NCBI GenBank assembly: GCA_947482665.1
Contig: CANKJK010000005.1
Coordinates: 66,674-130,673, forward strand
Length of the DNA stretch: 64,000 bases
Origin: Acidobacteriota bacterium
Lineage (GTDB): Bacteria; Acidobacteriota; Vicinamibacteria; Vicinamibacterales; UBA2999
Direction: 5' to 3'
A program made the position numbers and the translations under genes. The notes under the pieces were generated by a model. It was not told the origin of the DNA and did no database searches. It was given only the letters and a program-made list of their open reading frames with translations. Below are positions 35,014-43,445 of the stretch, one piece after another (within the stretch, counting starts at the first letter, position 1; every line of letters begins with the position of its first letter).

Positions 35014-36608
35014 CAGGCGGCGGTCTTCCGGGGCTTGCCGTCCTTCTTGCTCGGCCCCTTGGATTGGCGGCGGCGCTCCTTCTCCGCCGAGGCTTCGTCG
35101 GCGAGCCAGATCCGGCCGGCCGGCGTGCCAGCCCACCGTAGCGCCAGTCGCGCACCGAGCCGCGCCATGACACCGGGACCAGCGGGCGCGGCCGCGGGAC
35201 CGGACGACGGGAGCGTGGTGATCGCGGAGACGAACCGCGGCGTCGCGGCATCCGTCAGGCCATGCGGACGCACGAACGCTTCGACGAACCGCCGGCTCCG
35301 CGCGGCATCCGCCTCGCCACGGAGGGCGCCCGCGATCTGGATCGCGTGCGCCTCGAGCGAACGCGAGAGGTGCAGCAGGCCCGCGCCCGATCCATCGACG
35401 TCCGTCGACGTCGAGCCGTCCGGGGCCACCGCGGCGCCCAGCAGGTAGTGGAAGTGAATCGTGCCTTCCTGGTTGTCGTAGTACTCGGGCAGGAGCACCG
35501 TGTAGACGGGCCGTTCAGCGATGGCGCCCTCGATGAACGCGCTCGTGTTGAGCCCCACCACCGCGGCGCTGTAGTGCAGTGAGTCGAAGTAGTCGGCCCG
35601 CGGCTCCGGCGCGATGGGATTCCCGCCCCAGACGGTCACGCCCGCCTCCTGAGACAGATCCACGCTCTCCCACTCCTGGAGACGCGATGGATGCGGACGC
35701 ACGAGAATCCCGCACGACGCCAGCTCGGGATGCCCGCTCTCGCGAAGAGCGCGGATCCACCGCCGCACGAATTCCGCCTCGACGGGACTCCCCTTGAAGA
35801 GCGACGAACACACCCAGAGAAGGAACGGCCGGTCATCGGGCAGGCCCACGCGTTGGCAGAACTCGGCGCGCGGACGGGAGGGCGTCCGGTCGAACCAGCG
35901 GTCGAAGCATTGCGCGCCGGTGACCGTCAGGCGCGATGCCGGCACGCCGTGCAGGTCGATCGCCTCGCGCTCCTGTGTCGGGTTCCAGACGATCACGCGG
36001 TCCGGCACGGTCCGGATGATGGCCTTGCTCGAGAGGTGGTCCCAGCTCCATACGCAGAGCGCGGACGGAATGCGGAGCCGCCGCGCCGCATAGAGGAAGT
36101 CGAGCTGCGGCGAGGCCACGACTCCGATGAGCGGCGTCAGCAGCACCGCATCCGGCTGTTCGGCCCGGAGCAGGGCCTCGACCTCCGGCGCGGGGCCGAT
36201 CGCCTGTTCGACGGCGGAGAGCATCCGGCCGAGCCAGCGGCGCAGCGGCGCCCGACTGAATGGGCCGCGCTCGGTCAGCCGCACGACGCCGGACGGCGTC
36301 TTCCGGCGAGCCCGACCCTTCAGGCGCGGCGTCTTCGCGTAGGCCGGCTCCAGATACCGCAAGTAGTCGATGCCGAAGCGGAGGCGGACGGCCAGCGCGT
36401 AGCCGCGGCCGGCCGGGGCCGGCGACACGCTCGTCCGGATGCGACCGGGATAGGCGGCACTGAGGCGGTCGATGATCTGCGTGCCGCCGAACTCCTCGTG
36501 CTGTTCGACCACGATGTGCAGGTCGTGCCCGGCGCGGGCCAGCTCCTCGAGCGCGGAATCGAAGTTCCGCAGGTACGTCAGGTGCCGGGCCACGAAGAGG
36601 ATCTTCAT
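35013..36608 (-). CDS. FamA paralog A4
   Basis: 531 aa with ATGA overlap with the upstream stop. Motifs MKILFVARHLTYLRNFDS, VWSWDHLSSK, ILVRPHP, DYFDSLHYSAAVVGLNTSAFIEGAI, DNQEGTIHFHYLL and FVEAFVRPHGL. Confidence 0.7.
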   Translation of the reverse strand: MKILFVARHLTYLRNFDSALEELARAGHDLHIVVEQHEEFGGTQIIDRLSAAYPGRIRTSVSPAPAGRGYALAVRLRFGIDYLRYLEPAYAKTPRLKGRARRKTPSGVVRLTERGPFSRAPLRRWLGRMLSAVEQAIGPAPEVEALLRAEQPDAVLLTPLIGVVASPQLDFLYAARRLRIPSALCVWSWDHLSSKAIIRTVPDRVIVWNPTQEREAIDLHGVPASRLTVTGAQCFDRWFDRTPSRPRAEFCQRVGLPDDRPFLLWVCSSLFKGSPVEAEFVRRWIRALRESGHPELASCGILVRPHPSRLQEWESVDLSQEAGVTVWGGNPIAPEPRADYFDSLHYSAAVVGLNTSAFIEGAIAERPVYTVLLPEYYDNQEGTIHFHYLLGAAVAPDGSTSTDVDGSGAGLLHLSRSLEAHAIQIAGALRGEADAARSRRFVEAFVRPHGLTDAATPRFVSAITTLPSSGPAAAPAGPGVMARLGARLALRWAGTPAGRIWLADEASAEKERRRQSKGPSKKDGKPRKTAA

Positions 36609-39325
36609 GCGGGCCCCGCCCCTCGACGCGTGCGGCCCGTGAGATGGCGATAGTGCAGGCTGTCGCTGCTCTGGGTCCGGTCGCCCTTGCCCAGCTTCGA
36701 CGCCCGCGGCGCCTTCTTCATCGCCGACGTGTAATCCGTGTCGAGCAGCGTCACGTCTTGGACGACGTAGTCACGCCCGAGGATCGCGCTCACTGACGAT
36801 AGCTCGTCATTGTGCGCCGAGTGCTCCCGGTTGAGGCTGTAGACGCGCGGGCAGCCGGCCTTCGCGGCTAGGTCCAGATAGGCGGCCACTTGGTCGGCCC
36901 TCATCTCCTGGAACGACGCGATGTTCACGAGGAGCGACGGCGCGAAACCGGGGAGTTCGTGGGTCCGCGTGTGAGGCACGAAGACGACGTCGTACTCGCG
37001 CCAGCGGGCCTTCTCGGTCTCGGGCATCGCCGGATCCCAGATGAGCGTCTTCGCCGATGGCCGCACCGTGCGCAGGTAGGTCGCCGAGAAGAGGAACAGC
37101 TCCGGGAAGTCGGTGATGACGTAGGTGCACGGCGTCACGAGCGACGTGAACTGGTACGCGAAGCCGCCCCAGCCGGCGCCGATCTCCCAGACCACGGGCC
37201 GCGACAGGGCGTCGCGCGTGGCGGCGGCCTCCGCCCGGACCTCGTCGAGCATGCCGGTCCGGTGCAGCCCGGTGAGCACCTCCAGGTATTTCAGCGTGTC
37301 GAGATTGTGCAGAGTGCTGTCGATCTCGAAACCGAAGCCTCCGAGCGCCGGATGCTCCGGGACGACGAGACTCCCGCCACCCAGCTCCAGCAAGGCGCGC
37401 AGGCGCGCCTCGAAGGAGACGCGCTTCTCGCCATGGCTCTCTCGGTAGTCGTAGGGCCGGAGCCCGGTGATGTGGAAGGCGTGATGACGCAGCTTGGCGA
37501 TGACGAGCGGCGTCGCCTCGATCATGTAATCGATGTTGCCCAGCTCTTCGGTCCAGTAGGCGCTTGGCGACGACGTCCCGGAGAGGAGGCCCCGCTCGCG
37601 TGCCAGAATCGCGGCCACGCGACTCCGCACGTCGGCGAAGATCGCGACCGGATCCGAGGCGGCGGCGCCCGTCACGATCGCGGGGTGGATGCGCACGGGT
37701 GGGTGCACGACTGGTGCCTCGATCGTCGCGGGCGTCTTTCTCACCGTCTCTGGCTTCTCCACCGACGCGGCCACCGGCGTCGCCTTCGGAGCCTTCGTGG
37801 GCTTCGGCGGTTTCGGCGTCCGCTCATCCTTCGGCGGGCGCGCCTTCCCCTTGGGCGTTCCCTTCGGCTTCTTGCGTTCGGGCGCCCGGTTCACGAGCGC
37901 TGCCACGGGCCGGAGCGCCGTCCGGACCACGACATCGAGCAGGCCGTCACGATCCGCCACGGGCGCCGGCCCCGACGCGAACCGCTCGATCGTGTCGGCG
38001 AGAATCGGCGTGCACGGTGTCTCGATGCCATGCGGGCGGATGAACGACGCGACGAAGCGCCGCGTCTCGGCCGTCGCCGCCTCGGGGTTGCCCAGCACGC
38101 CCGCCAGTTGCCGCAGGTGCTCCTCGAACGTCGCGGCCACGCGGAGGAACCCGCCGTTCTCCGGCAGCAGATGGCGGAAGTGCAACGTGCCTTCCTGCGT
38201 GCCGGCGAAGTCGCCGGTCAGCGAGAAGACCGGCCGGCCCACGATGGCGGACTCGATCATCGCGCTGGTATTGACGCCGACGACGGCTGCGGCGTGGAAC
38301 ATCGAGTCAAAAAAGCCGGCCCGGTTCGCTTCGTCGACGGCGTTGTACGGCCCGCGCGGCCACACGGAGACGGCTCCGAGGTCGCTCAGGTCAGCGTGCT
38401 CCCAGGCGTGCCAGTTGTACGGGTGCGGACGCACGAGCACCGGGATGTCGCGCACCAGGGGGGCGGCGGAACGGCGCAACGCCTCGATCCACCGGCGCAC
38501 GAACGGCAGCTCGATCTCGGAGCGGGCGATGAAGACCGACGATGCCGTGTAGAGCAGATACGGCCGAGCGTCCGGGAGACCGGCAGCCGCGGTGAAGTCC
38601 TCGCGCGTCGTGCTGGCGGTCCGCTCGAACCAGCGGTCGAAGAGCTGCGCGCCGGTCACGGCCACCTTCGAGGCGGGCACCCCGTGATACCGCACCGCCT
38701 CGGCCTTCTGGGCTTCGTTCCAGACGATCACGAGGTCCGGCTGCACGCGCAGCAGCCCCTTGTTGGTCAGGTTGTCCCAGCTGGCGATCGCCACCGCGAC
38801 GCGAATGCCCAGGCGCCGCGCCGCGCGCACGACATCCACCTGCTCGGAGGCTGCGTCGATGAGCGGCGACACCACGACAACATCGGGGCGGTGGGTGCGC
38901 AGGAACTCCAGGACGCGGCCGCTCACCGGCACGCCGCGCTCGGCTTCGCCCAGCACGCGCACGGCGGCGCCCAGCGTGCCCGGGCGCAGGGACCGGATCC
39001 GGTCGAGCCCCTGCAGTGGGTGCGGCAGCACCTTCCGCCGCATGCGGTCCCGGAGCGCGGGTGCATCCGCGTAGTCAGGATGGAGGTAGCGCAGGAAGTC
39101 GACCGTGCCTCGCAGGCTCGTCGCGAGCCGCGCCCAGCGGTCGCCCCGGACCGGCACCAGCCCGAGCGAGTGGACGCCGTCGACGTCGTCGACGCGTGCC
39201 TGCTTCTGCTCCTTCACGTGACTCACCGCGACGGAGACGTCATGACCGCGACTCGCCAGCAGGCGCAGCACCGAATCGTAGAACCGGAGGTACTCCGGGG
39301 ACGCGAGAACGAAGAGCACCTTCAC
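36605..39325 (-). CDS. FamA paralog A5 fused via Pro/Lys-rich linker to a SAM-methyltransferase-like domain
   Basis: Track ORF 36605..39919 trimmed to GTG 39325 (TAGTG overlap), giving 906 aa. Residues 1 to about 480 are FamA (VKVLFVLASPEYLRFYDS, IASWDNLTNK, VLVRPHP, GTQEGTLHFRHLL). Residues 481-548 (nt 37682..37885) are the linker RKKPKGTPKGKARPPKDERTPKPPKPTKAPKATP. Residues about 550-870 contain VVWEIGAGWGGFAYQF (GxGxG SAM motif I) and VNIASFQEM. Confidence 0.7.
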   Translation of the reverse strand: MKVLFVLASPEYLRFYDSVLRLLASRGHDVSVAVSHVKEQKQARVDDVDGVHSLGLVPVRGDRWARLATSLRGTVDFLRYLHPDYADAPALRDRMRRKVLPHPLQGLDRIRSLRPGTLGAAVRVLGEAERGVPVSGRVLEFLRTHRPDVVVVSPLIDAASEQVDVVRAARRLGIRVAVAIASWDNLTNKGLLRVQPDLVIVWNEAQKAEAVRYHGVPASKVAVTGAQLFDRWFERTASTTREDFTAAAGLPDARPYLLYTASSVFIARSEIELPFVRRWIEALRRSAAPLVRDIPVLVRPHPYNWHAWEHADLSDLGAVSVWPRGPYNAVDEANRAGFFDSMFHAAAVVGVNTSAMIESAIVGRPVFSLTGDFAGTQEGTLHFRHLLPENGGFLRVAATFEEHLRQLAGVLGNPEAATAETRRFVASFIRPHGIETPCTPILADTIERFASGPAPVADRDGLLDVVVRTALRPVAALVNRAPERKKPKGTPKGKARPPKDERTPKPPKPTKAPKATPVAASVEKPETVRKTPATIEAPVVHPPVRIHPAIVTGAAASDPVAIFADVRSRVAAILARERGLLSGTSSPSAYWTEELGNIDYMIEATPLVIAKLRHHAFHITGLRPYDYRESHGEKRVSFEARLRALLELGGGSLVVPEHPALGGFGFEIDSTLHNLDTLKYLEVLTGLHRTGMLDEVRAEAAATRDALSRPVVWEIGAGWGGFAYQFTSLVTPCTYVITDFPELFLFSATYLRTVRPSAKTLIWDPAMPETEKARWREYDVVFVPHTRTHELPGFAPSLLVNIASFQEMRADQVAAYLDLAAKAGCPRVYSLNREHSAHNDELSSVSAILGRDYVVQDVTLLDTDYTSAMKKAPRASKLGKGDRTQSSDSLHYRHLTGRTRRGAGPA

Positions 39326-40851
39326 TAGCCGCGCTCCCGTTCGTCGGCGGCGGGCCCGCCGGCAGAGGCCTTCTTCCGTGCCTTCTGCAGGGCGGCGGCA
39401 CGGTCGACGGCGGCCGCGACCGGCGCGGCCGCCCAGGTGATCAGGCGATCCGTCATGGTCCGGGGCCGCGGGTGCGGCTTCACATCGACCAGCGACTCGA
39501 TCGCCCGCACGAAGGGTTCGGCTGCAGGCTGCGTCAGGCCGTGAGGCCGCACGAACGCCTCGATGAAGGCCCGACTCCGCGCCGCAAAGACCTCCGGTGC
39601 CGCCAGGATCTCGCCAAGCTGCGCGACGTGCGTTGACAGATCCGAGGCCAGATGCAGCAGGCCGCCGTTGACGCTCTTCAAGTGCTGGAAGTGCAGGGTG
39701 CCTTCCTGCGTGCCGGCGAAGTCCGCGGTCTGAATCGCGCAGACGGGGCGACCGACGATGCCCGACTCGATCTGCGCGCTCGTGTTCACGCCGACGACGG
39801 CCACGGCGTGAAACATCGAGTCGAAGTAGACGGCTCTCGCATCGGTGTCCACCGGGTTGGCGCCGGCGCGCGGCCAGATGGCCACGGCCTCGACGTCTCT
39901 GAGATCGACGTCCCGCCACTGCTCCGCGTTCTGCGGGTGCGGGCGGATCAGGACGCCGGCCGTCCGGACGCGCACGTCAGAGGAGGCGCGAAGCGCCGCA
40001 AGCCAGGTCCGGATGAACGGCACCTCGTGAGGCGTGATGAACGGCGACGAGCAGAGGTAGAGCACGAACGGCCGGCCCTCGGGCAAGCCGACCATCGCGC
40101 AGAACGCCTCGCGCGTCGTCGAGGGCTGTTGCGTGAACCAGTGGTCGTAGGCCTGGGCGCCGGTCACCATCACGCGGTCCGGGGGCACGCCGTGGATCTC
40201 AGCGGCTTCGCGGCGCTGGGCCTCATTCCACACCGTCAGTCGGTCGGGAATCTCATGAATCACGCCCTTCGTCGTCAGGTGGTCCCAACTGCCGACGCAG
40301 TGGCAGACGGGAATGCCGCGGTCCCTCGCCGCGCGCACGTAGTCGACCTGCACGGAGCCGAAATAGAGCAACGGCGTCACCAGCAGCACGTCGGGCTTGT
40401 GCTCATCCAGGATCTGGAGCGGCCCGCGCCCGTAGGGCAGCGCGCGCTCGACCCTTCGGACGAGGGCGCCCAGGAGTGCCATGCCCGGAACCGACCCGAT
40501 GACGGGCCAGCGGGCCACGCGCGAGGCGATGGGCGGCGCCTGCGTGGACGCGCGGACGCGGAGGCTCCGTGCCTGGTCGTACCGCGGGCCGAGATAACGC
40601 CAGTAGTCGAGGCACTGGCGGAGTCGCACGGCCAGCTGATGGAACGGATCGCTCTTCCGCGTGGGCGCGTAGCCGTAGGTGAATGCCTCGGGATGGGTGG
40701 CCAAGAGGTTGTCGATGGTCTTCGTGCCGCCGAGCGTGTCGCGCCGGTCGGCCAGCAGGTGAATGCGATGGCCGGAAGCCGCGAGCCGCCGCAGCGCCGG
40801 CTCGAAGTTCCGCAGGAACCCGAAATGAGAGACGGAAAAGAGAATCTTCAC
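39325..40851 (-). CDS. FamA paralog A6 (first gene after the intergenic promoter region)
   Basis: Track ORF 39325..40878 begins at a GTG with no SD. I prefer GTG 40851, which gives a VKILFSVSHFGFLRNFEP start homologous to the other paralogs and has GGGAG 12 nt upstream. Blocks VGSWDHLTTK, VLIRPHP, GTQEGTLHFQHLK and FIEAFVRPHGL. Confidence 0.7.
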   Translation of the reverse strand: MKILFSVSHFGFLRNFEPALRRLAASGHRIHLLADRRDTLGGTKTIDNLLATHPEAFTYGYAPTRKSDPFHQLAVRLRQCLDYWRYLGPRYDQARSLRVRASTQAPPIASRVARWPVIGSVPGMALLGALVRRVERALPYGRGPLQILDEHKPDVLLVTPLLYFGSVQVDYVRAARDRGIPVCHCVGSWDHLTTKGVIHEIPDRLTVWNEAQRREAAEIHGVPPDRVMVTGAQAYDHWFTQQPSTTREAFCAMVGLPEGRPFVLYLCSSPFITPHEVPFIRTWLAALRASSDVRVRTAGVLIRPHPQNAEQWRDVDLRDVEAVAIWPRAGANPVDTDARAVYFDSMFHAVAVVGVNTSAQIESGIVGRPVCAIQTADFAGTQEGTLHFQHLKSVNGGLLHLASDLSTHVAQLGEILAAPEVFAARSRAFIEAFVRPHGLTQPAAEPFVRAIESLVDVKPHPRPRTMTDRLITWAAAPVAAAVDRAAALQKARKKASAGGPAADERERG

Positions 40852-41114
40852 GTGGCGTACAGGCTCCCGCCCTCTCACCTACAGGCGGTGACGACGGCCG
40901 TCCCGGGCTGCGGCAAAGCGGGGCTTCGCGGTCAGCCGGAGGGACGGTACACGGGTTCAGTGCGACAAGGCCGCCCGTACCTGGCAATGGTGACGCCGGA
41001 ACGGCAGGCCTTCGCCGGGTCGGGGAGGCCCGATCAGGACAGCGAGACGAGCAGTTGGCGTGCGGAGCACCAGACCCGGAAAGTGGCGGGAGCGGTCATG
41101 CGCAATAGAGGTGA

Positions 41115-41143
41115 ATTTTAGCCGGATCTGCTCGATCTATCAA
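41115..41143 (-). promoter_or_regulatory. Putative sigma70-type promoter (TTGATA-17 nt-TAAAAT) on the coding strand
   Basis: The reverse complement of 41138..41143 is TTGATA and that of 41115..41120 is TAAAAT, with exactly 17 nt between them. The pair sits in the only obvious AT-rich island of the 426-nt gap, about 265 nt upstream of the A6 start. Confidence 0.5.
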
Positions 41144-41277
41144 CGGCTTAGCGGGAGTCGGGAGGTAGGCAAACCCAGCGGTCACCTGCCGGTCTAAAGG
41201 CGGGAAAAGCAGGCGGAACTGACGGGGAAGGCACCCCGAATGCCAGAGGCGGACACGGGGCGGGAGCCGGGAGCCGG

Positions 41278-42555
41278 CTACGGCAGGCGGGAGGTGGGGT
41301 GTGACGGCGCGCCCAGGATCCCGCGCAGCAACCCCGCCTGATGGACTGAGAGCGGAACCAGGGCGCCGCCGTCGACCAGTTCGAGGGCGTGCTGCGCTGC
41401 GTGCAGATGGGTCGTCTGGAAGTTGGACTCGGCGTGAAAGGCCACCGTGTCCACGCCGTAGAGCGGCGCCAGGTACGAGAACCCGCCATAGGTGCCCACG
41501 AAGGCGGAAGCACGACTGATGACGGCTGTCTGAATCGCGAGATTGGCCGAAGGATGCAGACCAGCGTCCACCAGGTGAACCCGATGTCCGCGCTCCGCGC
41601 CGGCGTCAGAGTGGTCGTCGAGTCCCACGCCCGCGCTGAGGACGACGACATCGGTACTGGCCGCGAGGCTTCTGATCGTCGTGGCGACAAAGGCCCGGTT
41701 CTCGGGCGTGTCCGGAAAGCACTGGCTGAAGTAGAAGCGCACGGCCGTATACGTGGGTGGCAGGGTCACGCCCGCGTCCACCGCCGGCAGCGGCTCATAC
41801 CGGCGGTACCGCGTGTACGCGTCGAGCCTGGCGATGGACGCGTCGCGCCGCCAATAGGGATAGAGGAGCGCGTACATCATCCCCGGATGAATGATCGACA
41901 CCGCGCCAGGGCCCGTGCCCTGCACGGCGCGCCGAAGCAGATCCCGATCGAAGGTACCCATCACGCGCTGCTTGGGATTTTCCGTCGTCCGCCGGCGGAA
42001 CTCCTCCGGCGTCGCCAGGTCGAGCGCGTCCACATAACGGCTCGCGAGGCCGTCGTACCAGGGAGCGGTGCCCCCGCGCGAGATCACGGTGACTCGGGCC
42101 GGGTCGATGCCGGCGTGGCCCAATGCCCACCGGACAAAAGGCACCCAATAGATCAGCTCGAAGCCGACCTCCCCCGTCCACGGCCCCACGATCACGGCGC
42201 CGCTGGACCGGCCCGCACGGGCCAGCCGATCGAGCACTCGCTCCTCATTCAGCTCGACGTTCCGGTCGCTCACCCGCTTGAGGACCCGCTCACTGAATTG
42301 CAGTTGGCGCGTGAGCCGGGACCGCAGCCCCGAGGTGTGCTTCCGCAGCACCTCGACCTCGCGATAGACCTCGGTCAGCCGCTCAGACTGCGACGACGCG
42401 CGGCGCTGCAGCACCTCGTTCACATCCCGCTGCTCACGCGCGAACTTCTCGAAGCGCGCGCGCTCCGCGTCGGCATCCGGGTTGAGAAGGGGCCGGAGGC
42501 GGCGACCAAGCCCCGCGAGCAGGCGTCCCGCGAGGGTGGGCGGGGACTGGCTCAC
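41278..42555 (-). CDS. FamB paralog B6 with about 120-aa coiled-coil-like head, coupled to the ABC exporter genes
   Basis: Track ORF 41278..43428 trimmed to GTG 42555 (GTGA overlap with the wzm stop), giving 425 aa. Head: ERARFEKFAREQRDVNEVLQRRASSQSERLTEVYREVEVLRKHTSGLRSRLTRQLQFSERVLKRV. Core: AVIVGPWTGEVGFELIYWVPFVRW, IIHPGMMYALL and AFVGTYGGFSYLAPLYG. Confidence 0.7.
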   Translation of the reverse strand: MSQSPPTLAGRLLAGLGRRLRPLLNPDADAERARFEKFAREQRDVNEVLQRRASSQSERLTEVYREVEVLRKHTSGLRSRLTRQLQFSERVLKRVSDRNVELNEERVLDRLARAGRSSGAVIVGPWTGEVGFELIYWVPFVRWALGHAGIDPARVTVISRGGTAPWYDGLASRYVDALDLATPEEFRRRTTENPKQRVMGTFDRDLLRRAVQGTGPGAVSIIHPGMMYALLYPYWRRDASIARLDAYTRYRRYEPLPAVDAGVTLPPTYTAVRFYFSQCFPDTPENRAFVATTIRSLAASTDVVVLSAGVGLDDHSDAGAERGHRVHLVDAGLHPSANLAIQTAVISRASAFVGTYGGFSYLAPLYGVDTVAFHAESNFQTTHLHAAQHALELVDGGALVPLSVHQAGLLRGILGAPSHPTSRLP

Positions 42556-43445
42556 AGTTCGTCCACCGCGGCCGCCTCTGAACTCGTGAAATACCAGAGG
42601 CCCGCGAGCAGGAGCACCAGGATGATCACGGCCGTGGACAGCAGCGGCAGCCCGGGAAAGACACCCACGCCGAGCAGCCCCCACTTGAAGGTCTCGACGA
42701 GGGACGCCATCGGATTGAGATAGATCACCCAGCGCAGGTGCGGAGGCACCTGGGACATCGGATAGATCACGGGCGTCAGGTACATCCAGAACCGGGTGAA
42801 GTAGCGGAGGCCGTAGCGCACTTCCTTGTGCCGCACCTGCCAGACGGAGGTGAACAGCCCGACCGCCGTCGCCATCAGGACCGCGCCGATCGCGGCGCCG
42901 AACGCCACCAGCCAGCCCGGACCGAACGCGAGATACCACCGGTGATCGGTGTAGAGGTAGTAACACGCGCCGACAACAATCAGACCGAGGTAGATGAAGA
43001 AATCCACGAATCCCGGAGCGGCCGCCGAGGCGGGCACGATCACGCGCGGAAAGTAGAGCTTCTTGATCACGCCCTTGTTCATGTCGACGCTGCGCGTCAC
43101 CCACAGCAGCGATCGTTCGAACAGGTGCCAGATGGACATGCCCGTCAGGAAGAACAGGAAATACGGCAGCCCGTCCGACGGCACCTTGAGGAACTTGCCG
43201 AAGATGAAGGTGCTGATGAGGATGGGGGCAAGCGGCCGCGCAAACAGCCAGAAGATGCCGAGGGTGGTGCCCTGATACTTCTGCGTCACGAGGCGCGTGG
43301 CGAAGAACCACCACAGCTTGCGATAGCGCCACGTTTCCTCGACGCGGGCCTGGAAGCCCATCGCGACCGGCGCAATCTCCCACGCAACGGCGTCCCCGGC
43401 CGGGGCCGGCAGGAACCGCCGTACCCAACGCTTAAGCAGGGACAT
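42552..43445 (-). CDS. wzm: ABC-2-type polysaccharide/teichoic-acid export permease
   Basis: 297 aa with about six hydrophobic helices. The N-terminal YRKLWWFFATRLVTQKYQGTTLGIFWLFARPL is typical of Wzm/TagG/KpsM permeases. 14-nt overlap with the wzt stop. Confidence 0.85.
   Translation of the reverse strand: MSLLKRWVRRFLPAPAGDAVAWEIAPVAMGFQARVEETWRYRKLWWFFATRLVTQKYQGTTLGIFWLFARPLAPILISTFIFGKFLKVPSDGLPYFLFFLTGMSIWHLFERSLLWVTRSVDMNKGVIKKLYFPRVIVPASAAAPGFVDFFIYLGLIVVGACYYLYTDHRWYLAFGPGWLVAFGAAIGAVLMATAVGLFTSVWQVRHKEVRYGLRYFTRFWMYLTPVIYPMSQVPPHLRWVIYLNPMASLVETFKWGLLGVGVFPGLPLLSTAVIILVLLLAGLWYFTSSEAAAVDEL

Noticed and set aside
38458-38463. Short homopolymer runs (e.g. G6 at 38458..38463) considered as phase-variation tracts.
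   Set aside because: Runs of six are expected by chance in GC-rich DNA, and no tract of eight or more was seen. There is no basis for slipped-strand regulation.
36890-39328. Very long plus-strand ORFs. Examples: 36890..39328 (812 aa), 6989..8662 (557 aa), 14775..16292 (505 aa), 22210..23760 (516 aa), 43651..44973 (440 aa), 53493..55232 (579 aa).
   Set aside because: They lie antisense to minus-strand genes that have clear family motifs. Their translations are Arg/Gly/Pro/His-rich low-complexity strings with no recognisable domains. This is the usual shadow-ORF artefact of GC-rich DNA.
39326-39919. N-terminal extensions of track ORFs beyond my chosen starts. Examples: 36605..39919 (1104 aa), 41278..43428 (716 aa), 59177..60886 (569 aa), 24392..26374 (660 aa), 29976..31628 (550 aa).
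   Set aside because: The extensions overlap the preceding well-supported gene out of frame. They are Arg/Gly-rich and lack homology to the paralogs. In every case an ATG, GTG or TTG sits exactly at a 1- or 4-nt overlap with the upstream stop, and family homology begins there.
41034-41099. A 21-codon mini-ORF (MTAPATFRVWCSARQLLVSLS) just downstream of the putative promoter, considered as a possible leader peptide.
   Set aside because: It has no Shine-Dalgarno. It would begin only about 9 nt from the predicted transcription start. It has no diagnostic codon run or obvious terminator/antiterminator pairing. There is not enough evidence to call it.
41150-41277. Possible rho-independent terminator after the B6 stop.
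   Set aside because: I found only 4 to 5-bp stems (e.g. GGGGtgccttCCCC) without a following T-tract. That is not convincing, so read-through into the A6 operon cannot be excluded.
41148-41690. Minus-strand ORF of 180 aa spanning the B6 3-prime end and part of the intergenic region.
   Set aside because: It overlaps B6 out of frame and has Ser/Pro/Arg-rich composition. No start context or homology supports it.
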